DNA from: Gammaproteobacteria bacterium
GTDB taxonomy: Bacteria; Pseudomonadota; Gammaproteobacteria; SZUA-229
Assembly (NCBI GenBank): GCA_015488295.1
Contig: WFOC01000079.1
Location: 39,009-103,008, forward strand
DNA length: 64,000 bases
Reading direction: 5' to 3'
The notes beneath the pieces were generated by a model. The model worked only from the letters and a program-made list of their open reading frames with translations. It searched no databases and was not told the origin of the DNA. A program made the translations under genes and the position numbers. Numbering within the stretch: position 1 is the first letter of the stretch; each line of letters opens with the position of its first letter. Of the stretch, positions 16,411 to 26,645 are shown piece by piece.

Positions 16411-17379
16411 ATGAAAACACTGATACTGCCTATATGCCTGCTAGTCTTAAGCGGCTGCGCATCAACACCACAAAGCAGTCACATAAAAGCTAATGGCCCG
16501 GGCTTCCTGCCATCAGCTATCGAATTGACAGACACACCTTTTTTTCCACAGACACAACATCAATGTGGGCCTGCGGCATTGGCAACCGTGCTACAGGCTC
16601 ACAACATAAAAGCCACACCAGAAACCCTGTCCAGCCAGGTCTACATTCCTGAACGTCAGGGCAGCCTGCAGATAGAAATGGCTGTCGCTGCACGTCGACA
16701 CGGGATGTTGCCATATCCTCTGGACACCCAAATGACCGCACTTTTCGCAGAAATAGCTGCCGGTAACCCGGTGCTGGTTTTACAGAACCTCAGTTTTGAA
16801 TGGTATCCAAAATGGCACTACGCAGTGGTCGTTGGATATGATTATGACAATCAGGAAATCACCCTTCGATCCGGTACAAGCAAACGCTGGGTTACACCTT
16901 TTGAAGTATTCGAACGAACATGGCAACGTGCTGATTTCTGGGCACTGGTCATCGTACCTGCAGGTGTGGTGCCCGCAACAGCAGAACCACTGCGTTATCT
17001 AAAAACCGCCTATGCCTTCGAAGAAACAGGTCACTATAAACTTGCTCTCAAAACATACCGGTCAGCTAGCAAACGCTGGCCTGAAATCAGCATCACCTGG
17101 ATAACACTGGGAAACATGGCTTATAAAAATCATTATTGGCTTGAGGCCATTAATGCATTTAATACCGCTTTAAACATTGACCCAAAATCAATCACCAGTT
17201 GGAATAATCTGGCTTATACACTACATGCCTATGGCTGTCAGAAACCAGCCATAAAGGCGCTCCAATGTGGTTTAAACATTACGCCAACTGATAAAAACCT
17301 ATTAAATTCATGGAAAGAGTTACATAACAACCCTGCTAACAATCAAATAAACTGCCCAAACATTCAATGTTACAAATAA
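16411..17379 (+). CDS. PA2778-family C39-like cysteine peptidase with C-terminal TPR repeats
   Basis: QCGPAALATVLQAH papain-like/C39 catalytic Cys motif. The C-terminal half carries TPR-like AYKNHYWLEAINAFNTALNIDP repeats. Confidence 0.7.
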   Translation: MKTLILPICLLVLSGCASTPQSSHIKANGPGFLPSAIELTDTPFFPQTQHQCGPAALATVLQAHNIKATPETLSSQVYIPERQGSLQIEMAVAARRHGMLPYPLDTQMTALFAEIAAGNPVLVLQNLSFEWYPKWHYAVVVGYDYDNQEITLRSGTSKRWVTPFEVFERTWQRADFWALVIVPAGVVPATAEPLRYLKTAYAFEETGHYKLALKTYRSASKRWPEISITWITLGNMAYKNHYWLEAINAFNTALNIDPKSITSWNNLAYTLHAYGCQKPAIKALQCGLNITPTDKNLLNSWKELHNNPANNQINCPNIQCYK

Positions 17380-17504
17380 ACTTTTTTACTAAACACCCTG
17401 ACATCCTGTTACTAAATTCAACACCAGACCACTAGCATTATTTCTAATGCATCCTGTCAACGATTAATCATCATCCGCCTGCTAAATTATTATAAAATGA
17501 GCAA

Positions 17505-18611
17505 ATGAACCTCCCCCAAATTGATGACTACCGCTCTATTTTATTAAACGACACTCCGTTACTGGATGTCCGTGCTCCGGTAGAATTTGAGCAGGGCGCT
17601 TTCCCCTTTACAGAAAACCTCCCGCTGATCAACAATCAGGAACGCGAGGCTATCGGCATTTGCTATAAGAATCAGGGACAGGACGAAGCCATAAAGCTTG
17701 GCCATAAACTGGTACAGGGCGAAATAAAATCACAGCGTGTAAATGGCTGGCAGGATTTTTTTGAACGCTATCCTCAGGGCGTGCTTTACTGCTTTCGTGG
17801 CGGCATGCGTTCAAAAATATCACAACAGTGGATCTATGAACAAACAGGGAAAATCTATCCACGGATAAAGGGCGGCTACAAAGCCATGCGCCGTTTTCTG
17901 ATTGATGAACTAGAAGCATCAACCCGGCAGATCAGTCCTGTCATGCTGGGTGGCCGCACCGGCATCGGCAAAACACTTTTGTTACATGAATTAAAACAGC
18001 AGGTCGACCTCGAAGGTATCTATCACCATCGTGGCTCGGTGTTTGGCAAGCACGTCACGCCACAACCGTCACAGATCGATATTGAAAATACACTGTCTAT
18101 CAAACTACTAAAACTTCTGGATAAAAAACATTCACGAATTGTTTTTGAAGATGAAGGCACCAATATCGGCTCACGACTGATTCCCGATGTGTTATACCAA
18201 AAAATGAAACAATCGCCTCTCATTCTGCTTGAAGCAAACACCGATGAACGGGTCGATATAACATTTCAGGAATACATCATCGAGTCATTGTCCGAGCACC
18301 AGAAACATCTCGGTGAAGAACAGGGGTTTAAATCATGGTGCGAACAGTTACAACTATCCATCGACAAAATACAGCGCCGTCTGGGCGGCGTTCGATACAA
18401 AGAACTTAAAGCTCTGCTTACCGATGCCATCCAGCAGCAAATAACAAGCGGCGATAACGAGCACCACAAACAGTGGATAAAAACGTTATTAGTCGATTAT
18501 TACGACCCGATGTATGATTTTCAGACACAAAAAAAACAGGATCGTGTTGTCTTTAAAGGGCAGAAAAATGAGGTCCTTTCCTATTTGAAAGAGCAATATC
18601 AAATAACTTGA
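17505..18611 (+). CDS. selU: tRNA 2-selenouridine/geranyl-2-thiouridine synthase
   Basis: N-terminal rhodanese domain (LLDVRAPVEFEQGAFP...CFRGGMRS) plus P-loop GGRTGIGKT. Confidence 0.85.
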   Translation: MNLPQIDDYRSILLNDTPLLDVRAPVEFEQGAFPFTENLPLINNQEREAIGICYKNQGQDEAIKLGHKLVQGEIKSQRVNGWQDFFERYPQGVLYCFRGGMRSKISQQWIYEQTGKIYPRIKGGYKAMRRFLIDELEASTRQISPVMLGGRTGIGKTLLLHELKQQVDLEGIYHHRGSVFGKHVTPQPSQIDIENTLSIKLLKLLDKKHSRIVFEDEGTNIGSRLIPDVLYQKMKQSPLILLEANTDERVDITFQEYIIESLSEHQKHLGEEQGFKSWCEQLQLSIDKIQRRLGGVRYKELKALLTDAIQQQITSGDNEHHKQWIKTLLVDYYDPMYDFQTQKKQDRVVFKGQKNEVLSYLKEQYQIT

Positions 18612-18670
18612 TATTTCACAAGCGGCCCTGATATTAGGTATAAGAACGACATACTATTCAGGAGGTTTAC

Positions 18671-19495
18671 GTGTTTCATATTCGTCAACCCGCTGTCGCC
18701 GGCGCTTTTTATCCGGCACAAAAACAACTGCTGGCAGAGGACATCGATGCCTTGCTGGAAGCTGCCCGCCTTAGCCGGCACACCAGCACGGATGAGGCTG
18801 AACCTTTACCCAAGGCCATCATCGTTCCCCATGCCGGCTACATCTACTCGGGCGAAGTCGCCGCGGCTGCTTACAGCCTGTTAGCCGCCGCCCACAACAT
18901 TATCAAACGCGTTATTTTATTGGGCCCGGTGCACCGTGTACCGGTACGTGGCCTGGCGCTTCCCGGCTTCGAAGCTTTCGCCACACCACTGGGTGAAGTC
19001 CAGATCGATTACACCGCCGTGGCAACCATTGAAAGCCTGCCACAGGTAGTCATCAGCCCGGAAGCTCACCTTCCCGAGCACTCCCTTGAAGTGCAGCTGC
19101 CTTTTCTGCAATCGGTGCTCGACGATTTCAAAATCGTACCACTGGCCATTGGTGATGCCTCCCCGGCCGAAGTTGCCGAAGTGCTGGAAACATTGTGGGG
19201 CGGAAAAGAAACGCTGATCGTGGTCAGTTCAGATCTGTCACATTTTTTTCCTTACCAGACAGCGCAGCTGCTGGACTCACAAACAGTAAAAGACATTCTC
19301 AGCCTGGCACACACCCTGAATCATGAGCAGGCCTGCGGCGGCACCACGATCAACGGCCTGTTGCTGGCGGCCAAACACCGTCATTTGCAACCCCATCTGC
19401 TCGACCTGCGCAACTCCGGTGACACCGCTGGCGATAAAAGCCGCGTCGTAGGTTATGCCTCATTCGCATTTACCGAAGAGACAGACAGTGCCTGA
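18671..19495 (+). CDS. amrB: AmmeMemoRadiSam system protein B (MEMO1-like)
   Basis: GTG start. AGAFYPA and IIVPHAGYIYSGEVAAAAY motifs of the Memo family. Confidence 0.8.
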   Translation: MFHIRQPAVAGAFYPAQKQLLAEDIDALLEAARLSRHTSTDEAEPLPKAIIVPHAGYIYSGEVAAAAYSLLAAAHNIIKRVILLGPVHRVPVRGLALPGFEAFATPLGEVQIDYTAVATIESLPQVVISPEAHLPEHSLEVQLPFLQSVLDDFKIVPLAIGDASPAEVAEVLETLWGGKETLIVVSSDLSHFFPYQTAQLLDSQTVKDILSLAHTLNHEQACGGTTINGLLLAAKHRHLQPHLLDLRNSGDTAGDKSRVVGYASFAFTEETDSA

Positions 19496-20078
19496 TAATA
19501 AAGGAAAAATATTATTATCAATCGCGCGTGCGGCCATCACCGAAACATTAGGGCTGCCGCATACACCTGTCGAAGCGCTTGCGCAAAACAGGCCCTGGCT
19601 TCAGGAAAAAGCCGCCTGTTTTGTCACGCTCATGCAAAACGGTCAGTTACGTGGTTGCATCGGCACCCTGGAAGCACACCGCTCTTTACTGGAAGATGTA
19701 ATACACAATGCCAACGCAGCCGCTTTTTATGACAGCCGTTTTTCACCCCTGACTCACGATGAGCTGGATACCACTGAAATCGAAATTTCATTATTGTCTG
19801 ATATGCAGCCACTGATTTTTTCAGGCGAACAGGAGGCACTCACACAGCTTCGCCCCGGCATTGATGGCGTGCTGCTGGAATCTGGTCAGCACCGTGGCAC
19901 ATTTCTGCCCCAGGTATGGCAGCAGTTACCTGATAAAAAAGATTTTATGGCGCATCTGAAAAACAAAGCCGGGCTACCCTCAGACTTCTGGTCAGATGAA
20001 ATCAAGCTTTATCGCTACACCGTAACAAAATGGAAGGAAACTGATTTTCCCGCATCAAACAAGGCAGAAACACGATGA
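19455..20078 (+). CDS. amrA: AmmeMemoRadiSam system protein A (AMMECR1 domain)
   Basis: AACFVTLMQNGQLRGCIGTLEA AMMECR1 core. The true start may be the GTG at 19488, giving a short overlap with amrB. Confidence 0.8.
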   Translation: MPHSHLPKRQTVPDNKGKILLSIARAAITETLGLPHTPVEALAQNRPWLQEKAACFVTLMQNGQLRGCIGTLEAHRSLLEDVIHNANAAAFYDSRFSPLTHDELDTTEIEISLLSDMQPLIFSGEQEALTQLRPGIDGVLLESGQHRGTFLPQVWQQLPDKKDFMAHLKNKAGLPSDFWSDEIKLYRYTVTKWKETDFPASNKAETR

Positions 20079-21163
20079 TACAAGGCTCAAACTACCGCGG
20101 GCGTTACTGGCACATGCTCGAAGACGGGCGCATGCAGTGCGACCTGTGCCCACGTGACTGCAAGTTGCACGAAGGCCAGCGCGGAGCCTGCTTTGTACGT
20201 AAACGTGAAGGCGATCAAATGTTGCTGACCACTTACGGACGCTCTTCCGGTTTTTGCATCGACCCCATCGAAAAAAAACCACTCAACCATTTTTACCCCG
20301 GCAGCAGCGTGCTTTCATTTGGCACTGCCGGTTGTAACCTGGCCTGTAAATTCTGCCAGAACTGGGACATCAGCAAATCCCGGGATATGGATCGCCTGAT
20401 GGATCAGGCATCACCCGAAGCCATCGCCATCGCGGCTGAAAAACATAATTGCAAAAGCGTGGCCTTCACCTACAACGACCCGGTTATCTTCGCCGAATAC
20501 GCCATGGACACCGCCGATGCCTGCCATGCACACGGCATCAAAACTGTTGCCGTCACCGCTGCTTATATACACGAAGAAGCACGACGTGATTTCTTTGCAA
20601 AAATCGATGCCGCCAATGTTGATTTAAAAGCCTTCAGCGACGAGTTTTATTACAAACTCACCGGCGCACACCTGCAACCAGTGCTGGACACCCTGATCTA
20701 TCTCAAGCACAAAACCGATGTCTGGTTCGAGATAACCACCCTGCTCATCCCCGGAAAAAATGATTCGGATGAAGAACTAACCGCGATGTGTCAATGGATA
20801 AAAAAGGAACTGGGGCCGGATATCCCCCTGCACTTCACCGCCTTTCATCCTGATCACAAAATGCCGGACATCCCCGCTACCCCGCCCGCAACACTGATTC
20901 GCGCCCGCGACATCGCGCTCAAACAGGGCCTGCATTATATTTACACCGGCAACGTGCACAACATCGAAGGCGACACCACTTTCTGCCCAGGCTGCCACAG
21001 CCCATTGATTGTGCGAGACTGGTACCAGATCAAACAATACCGTCTGACCGACGATGCACATTGCCCGGACTGCGGTTTCCATCTGGCGGGAAGGTTTGAT
21101 AAAAAAGCGGGAGATTTTGGTGCAAGACGCATCCCGATTGCCATTCAGGATAGCCGCGTTTAA
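20075..21163 (+). CDS. amrS: AmmeMemoRadiSam system radical SAM enzyme
   Basis: N-terminal Cys cluster CDLCPRDC...GACFVRK plus radical SAM CNLACKFCQNW. Confidence 0.85.
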   Translation: MIQGSNYRGRYWHMLEDGRMQCDLCPRDCKLHEGQRGACFVRKREGDQMLLTTYGRSSGFCIDPIEKKPLNHFYPGSSVLSFGTAGCNLACKFCQNWDISKSRDMDRLMDQASPEAIAIAAEKHNCKSVAFTYNDPVIFAEYAMDTADACHAHGIKTVAVTAAYIHEEARRDFFAKIDAANVDLKAFSDEFYYKLTGAHLQPVLDTLIYLKHKTDVWFEITTLLIPGKNDSDEELTAMCQWIKKELGPDIPLHFTAFHPDHKMPDIPATPPATLIRARDIALKQGLHYIYTGNVHNIEGDTTFCPGCHSPLIVRDWYQIKQYRLTDDAHCPDCGFHLAGRFDKKAGDFGARRIPIAIQDSRV

Positions 21164-21185
21164 TACGATTCACTCAACATAATCA

Positions 21186-21245
21186 AAAAGACACACATAA
21201 AAACGGCCCCTGTGAAGGAGCCGTTTTTATGTGTGTCTTTTTGAA
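21186..21245. terminator. Bidirectional terminator: 19-bp perfect palindrome arms AAAAAGACACACATAAAAA / TTTTTATGTGTGTCTTTTT around an inner GC hairpin
   Basis: Perfect long inverted repeat with A/T runs on both sides, between convergent genes. Confidence 0.75.
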
Positions 21246-21249
21246 AGAA

Positions 21250-22014
21250 TTATGCCTTTCGTCTGGCAAAAGCAAGCAGACCAATCAGACCCGAACCAAA
21301 TAACCAGACCGCCGCAGGAACAGGTATAACCGTCGTTACAATTGAAAGATCAATACCACCACCAACAAGTTTTTTCTCGATCCAGGCAGACTCACCAAAA
21401 GCCGCACTGCTTGCCAGCAGATTGTTTTGCAATTGAAGACCGATGTAGTTAATGCCATCCCAGGTTGCACCGCTGAGATCAAAAACAGTTGAGCCTGTCC
21501 AGGTATGAACAGCGCCATCATTGATTGTAAGATCACCTGAAATCGCCAGAGTCTGCTGAACAGATGGCCCCCAAAGATCATTCCAGTCCCAGACATCAGC
21601 CCATCCGTCAACATCCACAGATGTCCCCGCACCGGACATACGGTAGTCTCCGCGCTCCAGAATATTCACGCCGTCAATCTGATAACCCGATTTGGCAATA
21701 ACCTGAATAGCACCGTTATCACTAACCGAAACAGCACCCGCTCCATTAAGCGATTCCGCACGAAAATTCGTTGGCGTGGCAACAATGCTGTCCCCCACAA
21801 CTTCAATGGTACCGAACAGTCCCATGCTGCTGGTTGTGCCGACATACTTAAAGATAACGGTATCACCGACACCAATGCAATACCCGGGCTGTGAGGCGCA
21901 ATCGAAAAGCGCTGCATGACTGACGGAACTCATAGAAAGCGCACCGATAGAAGACAACGCCAGCAAAAGCTGTTTAAATTTTATTCCTTTAAATTGATCA
22001 TTTCTCTGCTTCAT
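21250..22014 (-). CDS. PEP-CTERM sorting-domain secreted protein
   Basis: N-terminal signal peptide. C-terminus VPAAVWLFGSGLIGLLAFARRKA matches PEP-CTERM (VPxxxW...hydrophobic...ARRK). Confidence 0.7.
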   Translation of the reverse strand: MKQRNDQFKGIKFKQLLLALSSIGALSMSSVSHAALFDCASQPGYCIGVGDTVIFKYVGTTSSMGLFGTIEVVGDSIVATPTNFRAESLNGAGAVSVSDNGAIQVIAKSGYQIDGVNILERGDYRMSGAGTSVDVDGWADVWDWNDLWGPSVQQTLAISGDLTINDGAVHTWTGSTVFDLSGATWDGINYIGLQLQNNLLASSAAFGESAWIEKKLVGGGIDLSIVTTVIPVPAAVWLFGSGLIGLLAFARRKA

Positions 22015-22340
22015 GATTTCCCCTTGGTTTTTTCTCACAGCTTATACTTAGACTAAGTCATAATGTAGTAAGCAAATTCCATGCCTAAATAATAAACTGC
22101 TGGCATTTCAACAAGATAAAGCAATATTAGCATTTCATTAAATTTTAACGTGTAAAAAACCCCAACCAAAAACTTCAGAATAAAGTTCGATACCCCAGAA
22201 ATATGCGTGCTGCTCAAGCAGCCAGAAGGCAGATTAACGCTACTATACAAACATATAACACGTTATTAAGCAGCAATAGCAACATGTAAGAAAAACCGAC
22301 GAGACACGTCGGATATATAGAAAAACCGCTGCTCTGGCGC

Positions 22341-22739
22341 TCAAAATCGTCGCGGACGAACCCAGAACCAGCTGGCCACCACTACAGCGGCAAACGCTGT
22401 GTAGCAAACAACAAAAACCCACGGCGGCACGTGGTAATACAGAATGCTTTCCAGCCAGTATTGCATGAAAGTACCGGAATATACGCTATCACCGGCACGC
22501 GAACGCAGCGCCATTTCAATGTGAGTAAGCGGGCAGACAAGACCCAGCCATGACTGGACAACAACCACCCCTATCGCAGCAAGGTGCGCCAGTCGAAACC
22601 GGGGATTGCGAACCCACGACCAGGCGCGAAACCTGCCCACAAAAACAAGCAGCAGGCCGATAACAACAAAGGCAACAAAAAGCACGTGCAACAAAAGAAC
22701 CACATCGGCCGCTAATAAAAAAAGCCCTGATGCGTCCAT
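22341..22739 (-). CDS. DUF2784-like polytopic small membrane protein
   Basis: Four predicted TM helices. The family assignment rests only on general resemblance. Confidence 0.4.
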   Translation of the reverse strand: MDASGLFLLAADVVLLLHVLFVAFVVIGLLLVFVGRFRAWSWVRNPRFRLAHLAAIGVVVVQSWLGLVCPLTHIEMALRSRAGDSVYSGTFMQYWLESILYYHVPPWVFVVCYTAFAAVVVASWFWVRPRRF

Positions 22740-22882
22740 TGTTGCTGGTTATCTATTGCTGCTGGTCATCATTGATTACACCAACTCAACAAAACTCTCA
22801 GGCCTGATAACGATTTTTTATTGGCCTGAACAAAACCGCACGGAATAGAAATCCGGAACAGAATTCAATAAAGCAGAATCCG

Positions 22883-24127
22883 CTAGAGCAGACCCTCAAA
22901 GGCAAGATAGCTCACCGCATCACCCTTTTTGATTTCACTGTCCATCGCTACCTCAACCAGACCATTTGCCCAGCTGGCAGAAGACAGCACACCAGAGCCC
23001 TGATGCGGATAGATCTGCGCCACCATCTGGCCGTCTTTTTGCAGCAAACGCACGCGCAGGTATTCCTGGCGTTTTATTTTTGGCCAGTCAAAATCAGCAA
23101 TCACTGAAACGCGTTTCGCCAGATAATCTTCCGCCCCCTGCATCTTGAGAATCAAGCCACGGGCGAACAATAAAAAGGTGACGAACACCGACACCGGGTT
23201 GCCCGGCAGCCCCATAAACAGGGTATCACCGACCTTGCCAAACGCCACCGGCTTGCCCGGCTTCATCGCGATGCGCCACATGGAAAGCTCACCGAGCTGC
23301 TGCAGTGCGATACGCACATAATCTTCTTCGCCAACAGACACGCCACCGCTGGTAATCACCAGGTCCGCGCTGGCCGCTGCTTCATTTAAAACGTCAACAG
23401 TCGCTTCCAGGGTATCGGGCACAATGCCAAGATCAATGATCTCACAGCCCACACTCTGCAGCAGGCCGCGCAGCGTGTAGCGGTTTGAGTTATAGATTTG
23501 CCCGGCCGCCAGCGGCTGACCGGGGGCGATGATTTCATCACCAGTGAAAAAGATGGCAACTTTTAATTTTCGTCTGACCTTGAATTCAGCCAGCCCCACG
23601 GAGGCCAGCAATCCCAGCTCCTGAGCGCGCAGGCGTTTGCCCGCCTGCAAAACCACGCTGCCATTTTTGATGTCTTCACCGGCGCGGCGTACATTGCTGC
23701 CGGCTTTAACCACGGTGTTGACCACCACCATGTCATCGTCCTGCTGACACAGCTCCTGCATCACCACCGCATCAGCTCCTTCGGGTATCGGTGCACCGGT
23801 AAAAATCCGTGCTGCCGTACCCGGCTCCAGCGGCAAACCGACCTGACCGGCAGCAATACGCTGCGAGATCGGCAGCTCGTTCGCTTCCGCCTGACAGTCC
23901 ACGCTGCGCACCGCGTAGCCGTCCATGGCACTGTTATCATAGCCCGGCACATCAATGCTCGAATGCAGGTCTTCTGCCAGCACCCGGTTTAAAGCATCAA
24001 GAATATCAACCGTTTCAGTCTCATCCAGCGGCACTGCCTGCGACAGAATTTTTTCAATTGCCTGCTCAACACTGATCAAACCGGGCGAAGCGCAACAATC
24101 AACAGCTTTTGTCTCTGTATTTTTCAT
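22883..24127 (-). CDS. moeA: Molybdopterin molybdotransferase MoeA
   Basis: 414 aa with MoeA N-terminal, MoCF-biosynthesis (GGVSVGEEDY) and C-terminal domains. Confidence 0.9.
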   Translation of the reverse strand: MKNTETKAVDCCASPGLISVEQAIEKILSQAVPLDETETVDILDALNRVLAEDLHSSIDVPGYDNSAMDGYAVRSVDCQAEANELPISQRIAAGQVGLPLEPGTAARIFTGAPIPEGADAVVMQELCQQDDDMVVVNTVVKAGSNVRRAGEDIKNGSVVLQAGKRLRAQELGLLASVGLAEFKVRRKLKVAIFFTGDEIIAPGQPLAAGQIYNSNRYTLRGLLQSVGCEIIDLGIVPDTLEATVDVLNEAAASADLVITSGGVSVGEEDYVRIALQQLGELSMWRIAMKPGKPVAFGKVGDTLFMGLPGNPVSVFVTFLLFARGLILKMQGAEDYLAKRVSVIADFDWPKIKRQEYLRVRLLQKDGQMVAQIYPHQGSGVLSSASWANGLVEVAMDSEIKKGDAVSYLAFEGLL

Positions 24128-24136
24128 GCTAAAAAT

Positions 24137-24655
24137 TCACTTCTCCAGAAGGCGCGGCATCAGCGCCACGATATTGCACGGTTTGGTATTGCAATCCAGC
24201 TGCGGCGCAATCACCTTATCCCAGCCGGTGCGGCAGGCACCGGTCGAACCCGGCAGGCAGAAAATAAAGGTGCCATTGGCCAGACCACCAACACAGCGTG
24301 AAGCAATGGTCGAAGTGCCGATTTCCTGATAAGAAACCCAGCGAAACAGTTCACCGACTCCATCGATCACTTTGTCAAACAGCGGCTCTACCGCTTCCGG
24401 TGTAATATCACGCCCGGTCAGGCCGGTACCACCGGTGGTAATCACCACATCAACCTCCTCATCTGCAATCCACTGTGATACGGCAGCGCGAATTTTGTAT
24501 TTATCATCCGCTAAAATACGCTTTTCAACCAGGGTATGCCCCGCCTGCGTCAGGCGTTCGACCAGCGCATCACCCGAGGTATCATCAGCTTCGGTGCGGC
24601 TGTCGGAAACCGTTAATATTGCAATTTTTATGGGCACCCATTTTTTGTCATTCAT
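24137..24655 (-). CDS. moaB: Molybdenum cofactor biosynthesis protein MoaB/Mog family
   Basis: IAILTVSDSR...VVITTGGTGLTGRD MoCF_biosynth domain. Length 172 aa. Confidence 0.85.
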   Translation of the reverse strand: MNDKKWVPIKIAILTVSDSRTEADDTSGDALVERLTQAGHTLVEKRILADDKYKIRAAVSQWIADEEVDVVITTGGTGLTGRDITPEAVEPLFDKVIDGVGELFRWVSYQEIGTSTIASRCVGGLANGTFIFCLPGSTGACRTGWDKVIAPQLDCNTKPCNIVALMPRLLEK

Positions 24656-24689
24656 GGTTCACTACTCTTTGCCGTTGCCGGCAGGCTGA

Positions 24690-26645
24690 TTAATTATCGA
24701 TGGTCGGTAATATTAAACGAACAACCACGCCTTGTTTATCCCCACGATTAGCTATTTTTAACTGCCCGTGATGAAACTGCGCGATTTGAAATGCCACATA
24801 CAGGCCAATGCCTAAATGCGGTGTCGCCGCTTTTACTGACCGGTGTGAGACCATTCCCTGAAACAAACCATCAAGCTGCGCCTGCGGAATCGTTTCTCCT
24901 TCATTTTTTATACTTATTGTGAGCTGTTGACGCTGACTTACATCAAGCTGAAACGAGATTTCCGTTTCCGGCAAAGCAAAGTCCAGTGCATTATCTTTAA
25001 GCTTGTCGAGCAGTTGAACAATACGAATATCATTCGCCAATACATAAACCCCGGACTCCACACCATAATAATGCAATTTTGCATCCGCATGTTTAAGCTG
25101 TGAATTGCTGACATATTCACTGATCAAGGCAGCAATGTCGGTTTTTTCAAGCTCATCCTGCATCAGGGCTTCATCAATACTTGCCGCTTCGGTCAGGCTC
25201 GAAACAATCACCTGCAACTGCCGGATGGCCTTGCTGGCGATAACAATGTCTGCCGAGTCCTCTTTTTTCCGGATATTCTGCAGCGACATGCTTATCGTGT
25301 TCACCGGGTTTAATATTTCATGGCGCAACATGCGTGGCACGGTTTCCAGAAAACAGGTATAGCTGTTTAACTTGCCCAGCAATGAGGAAAAGCTGCGCGA
25401 CAGTTCTCCGATCTCGTCACTGCAATCACTGTCTGGCAGTTCAACATGATTGATAAAACGGCCACTGTCATCAATCAGCGATGCGGTCTGTTTTTTAAGT
25501 CGGTTAATACGAAACGCCAGCCACGAACTAAAGAAAAGCAGGCTGATAAAAACCAGCGAAAAAATCCCCAGCGTGACAAACATTACATCGTTTAAAGTGT
25601 CACGTTGCAGCGCCAGAATCTGCCGGCTGTTTTTGCTAACCAGCACCGCACCAATCACTTCCTCACCATCAAACACCGGGCGTGCAGCAACAATAATCGT
25701 CTCACCATCATCTTCGATGCGCTTTACCTGCGCCTCACCCAGCAGCACTTTATCGACCAGTGTCGTACTCACCTTATCGATGGCATGACACAGTGAGGCG
25801 CGTAATGTCTGGCCACCGGTCACGGCACGCACCCGACGGTATTTGTCGATGACACAAATCCGCGAATCTGATTCACTCAGGTTTTTCAACACGCTGGTAA
25901 TTTCAGAGGACTGAAACAACAGGGGATTTAAAATATTGTTATCCAGATTATGGGTCGAAACAATGCGTTCGATATTGCGCTCGTTTTCACCGAACACATC
26001 GACCACACTCAACGACAGGCGACGGTTTGGTTCCAGCCAGTTTTCCGGCAGACGTATTTCAACATCATATCCTGAAGCCGTCTCGCGCCACACACCATAA
26101 ACCGCATTAACGTGTTTGCCACTTTTCCAGTCACGCCAGTTTTCCTTTACCCGATACACACTGACGCTGCCCTGCGCCGCAGTTAACAGAACCAGGCGCT
26201 GACGTTGATTGTTTTTATCGATGTACTCCAGCCGGATATGGTCACTGGCATCCAGCGAACGATAACGCGGATTACGGTAAACAATATCCTTATCAATAAC
26301 TTTTAAATAGATGTACAGATATTGCGAATCATTTGCCAGCAATAATGAAAACGCATTTTCACCATACCAGGTAAACTGTTCTTTAAGTTGCCGCCAGTCT
26401 TCATCATAACCATCAACATGAATGCTTTGTTTAAACGGGTAAACATACAGCGCGTGTTCATCGGTATCAAACAGGCCGGTGTAACCGTTCAACACAGTGG
26501 CGATGGCAGATGCCGCCATCGACTGCGCTTCTTCCTGACCCTGCAGCAAAGACGACTCGATCTTCTTGACAAAGTGATAACCGAACCAGGGCAGCATCAC
26601 CAGAAACACCGAACTGAAAACCAGTAATCGCGTACCCAGCTTCAT
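24690..26645 (-). CDS. Sensor histidine kinase with large periplasmic domain (about 300 aa) between two TM helices
   Basis: TM1 near residue 5-25, TM2 FVTLGIFSLVFISLLFF. HisKA box EILNPVNTISM and HATPase (GIGLYVAFQIAQFHHG). Confidence 0.8.
   Translation of the reverse strand: MKLGTRLLVFSSVFLVMLPWFGYHFVKKIESSLLQGQEEAQSMAASAIATVLNGYTGLFDTDEHALYVYPFKQSIHVDGYDEDWRQLKEQFTWYGENAFSLLLANDSQYLYIYLKVIDKDIVYRNPRYRSLDASDHIRLEYIDKNNQRQRLVLLTAAQGSVSVYRVKENWRDWKSGKHVNAVYGVWRETASGYDVEIRLPENWLEPNRRLSLSVVDVFGENERNIERIVSTHNLDNNILNPLLFQSSEITSVLKNLSESDSRICVIDKYRRVRAVTGGQTLRASLCHAIDKVSTTLVDKVLLGEAQVKRIEDDGETIIVAARPVFDGEEVIGAVLVSKNSRQILALQRDTLNDVMFVTLGIFSLVFISLLFFSSWLAFRINRLKKQTASLIDDSGRFINHVELPDSDCSDEIGELSRSFSSLLGKLNSYTCFLETVPRMLRHEILNPVNTISMSLQNIRKKEDSADIVIASKAIRQLQVIVSSLTEAASIDEALMQDELEKTDIAALISEYVSNSQLKHADAKLHYYGVESGVYVLANDIRIVQLLDKLKDNALDFALPETEISFQLDVSQRQQLTISIKNEGETIPQAQLDGLFQGMVSHRSVKAATPHLGIGLYVAFQIAQFHHGQLKIANRGDKQGVVVRLILPTIDN

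Noticed and set aside
21250-22038. Considered whether the PEP-CTERM protein plus the nearby two-component pair forms a PrsK/PrsR exosortase regulatory unit
   Set aside because: The response regulator at 26642-27346 is OmpR-type rather than sigma-54 PrsR-type, it is 4.6 kb away, and moeA-moaB intervene.
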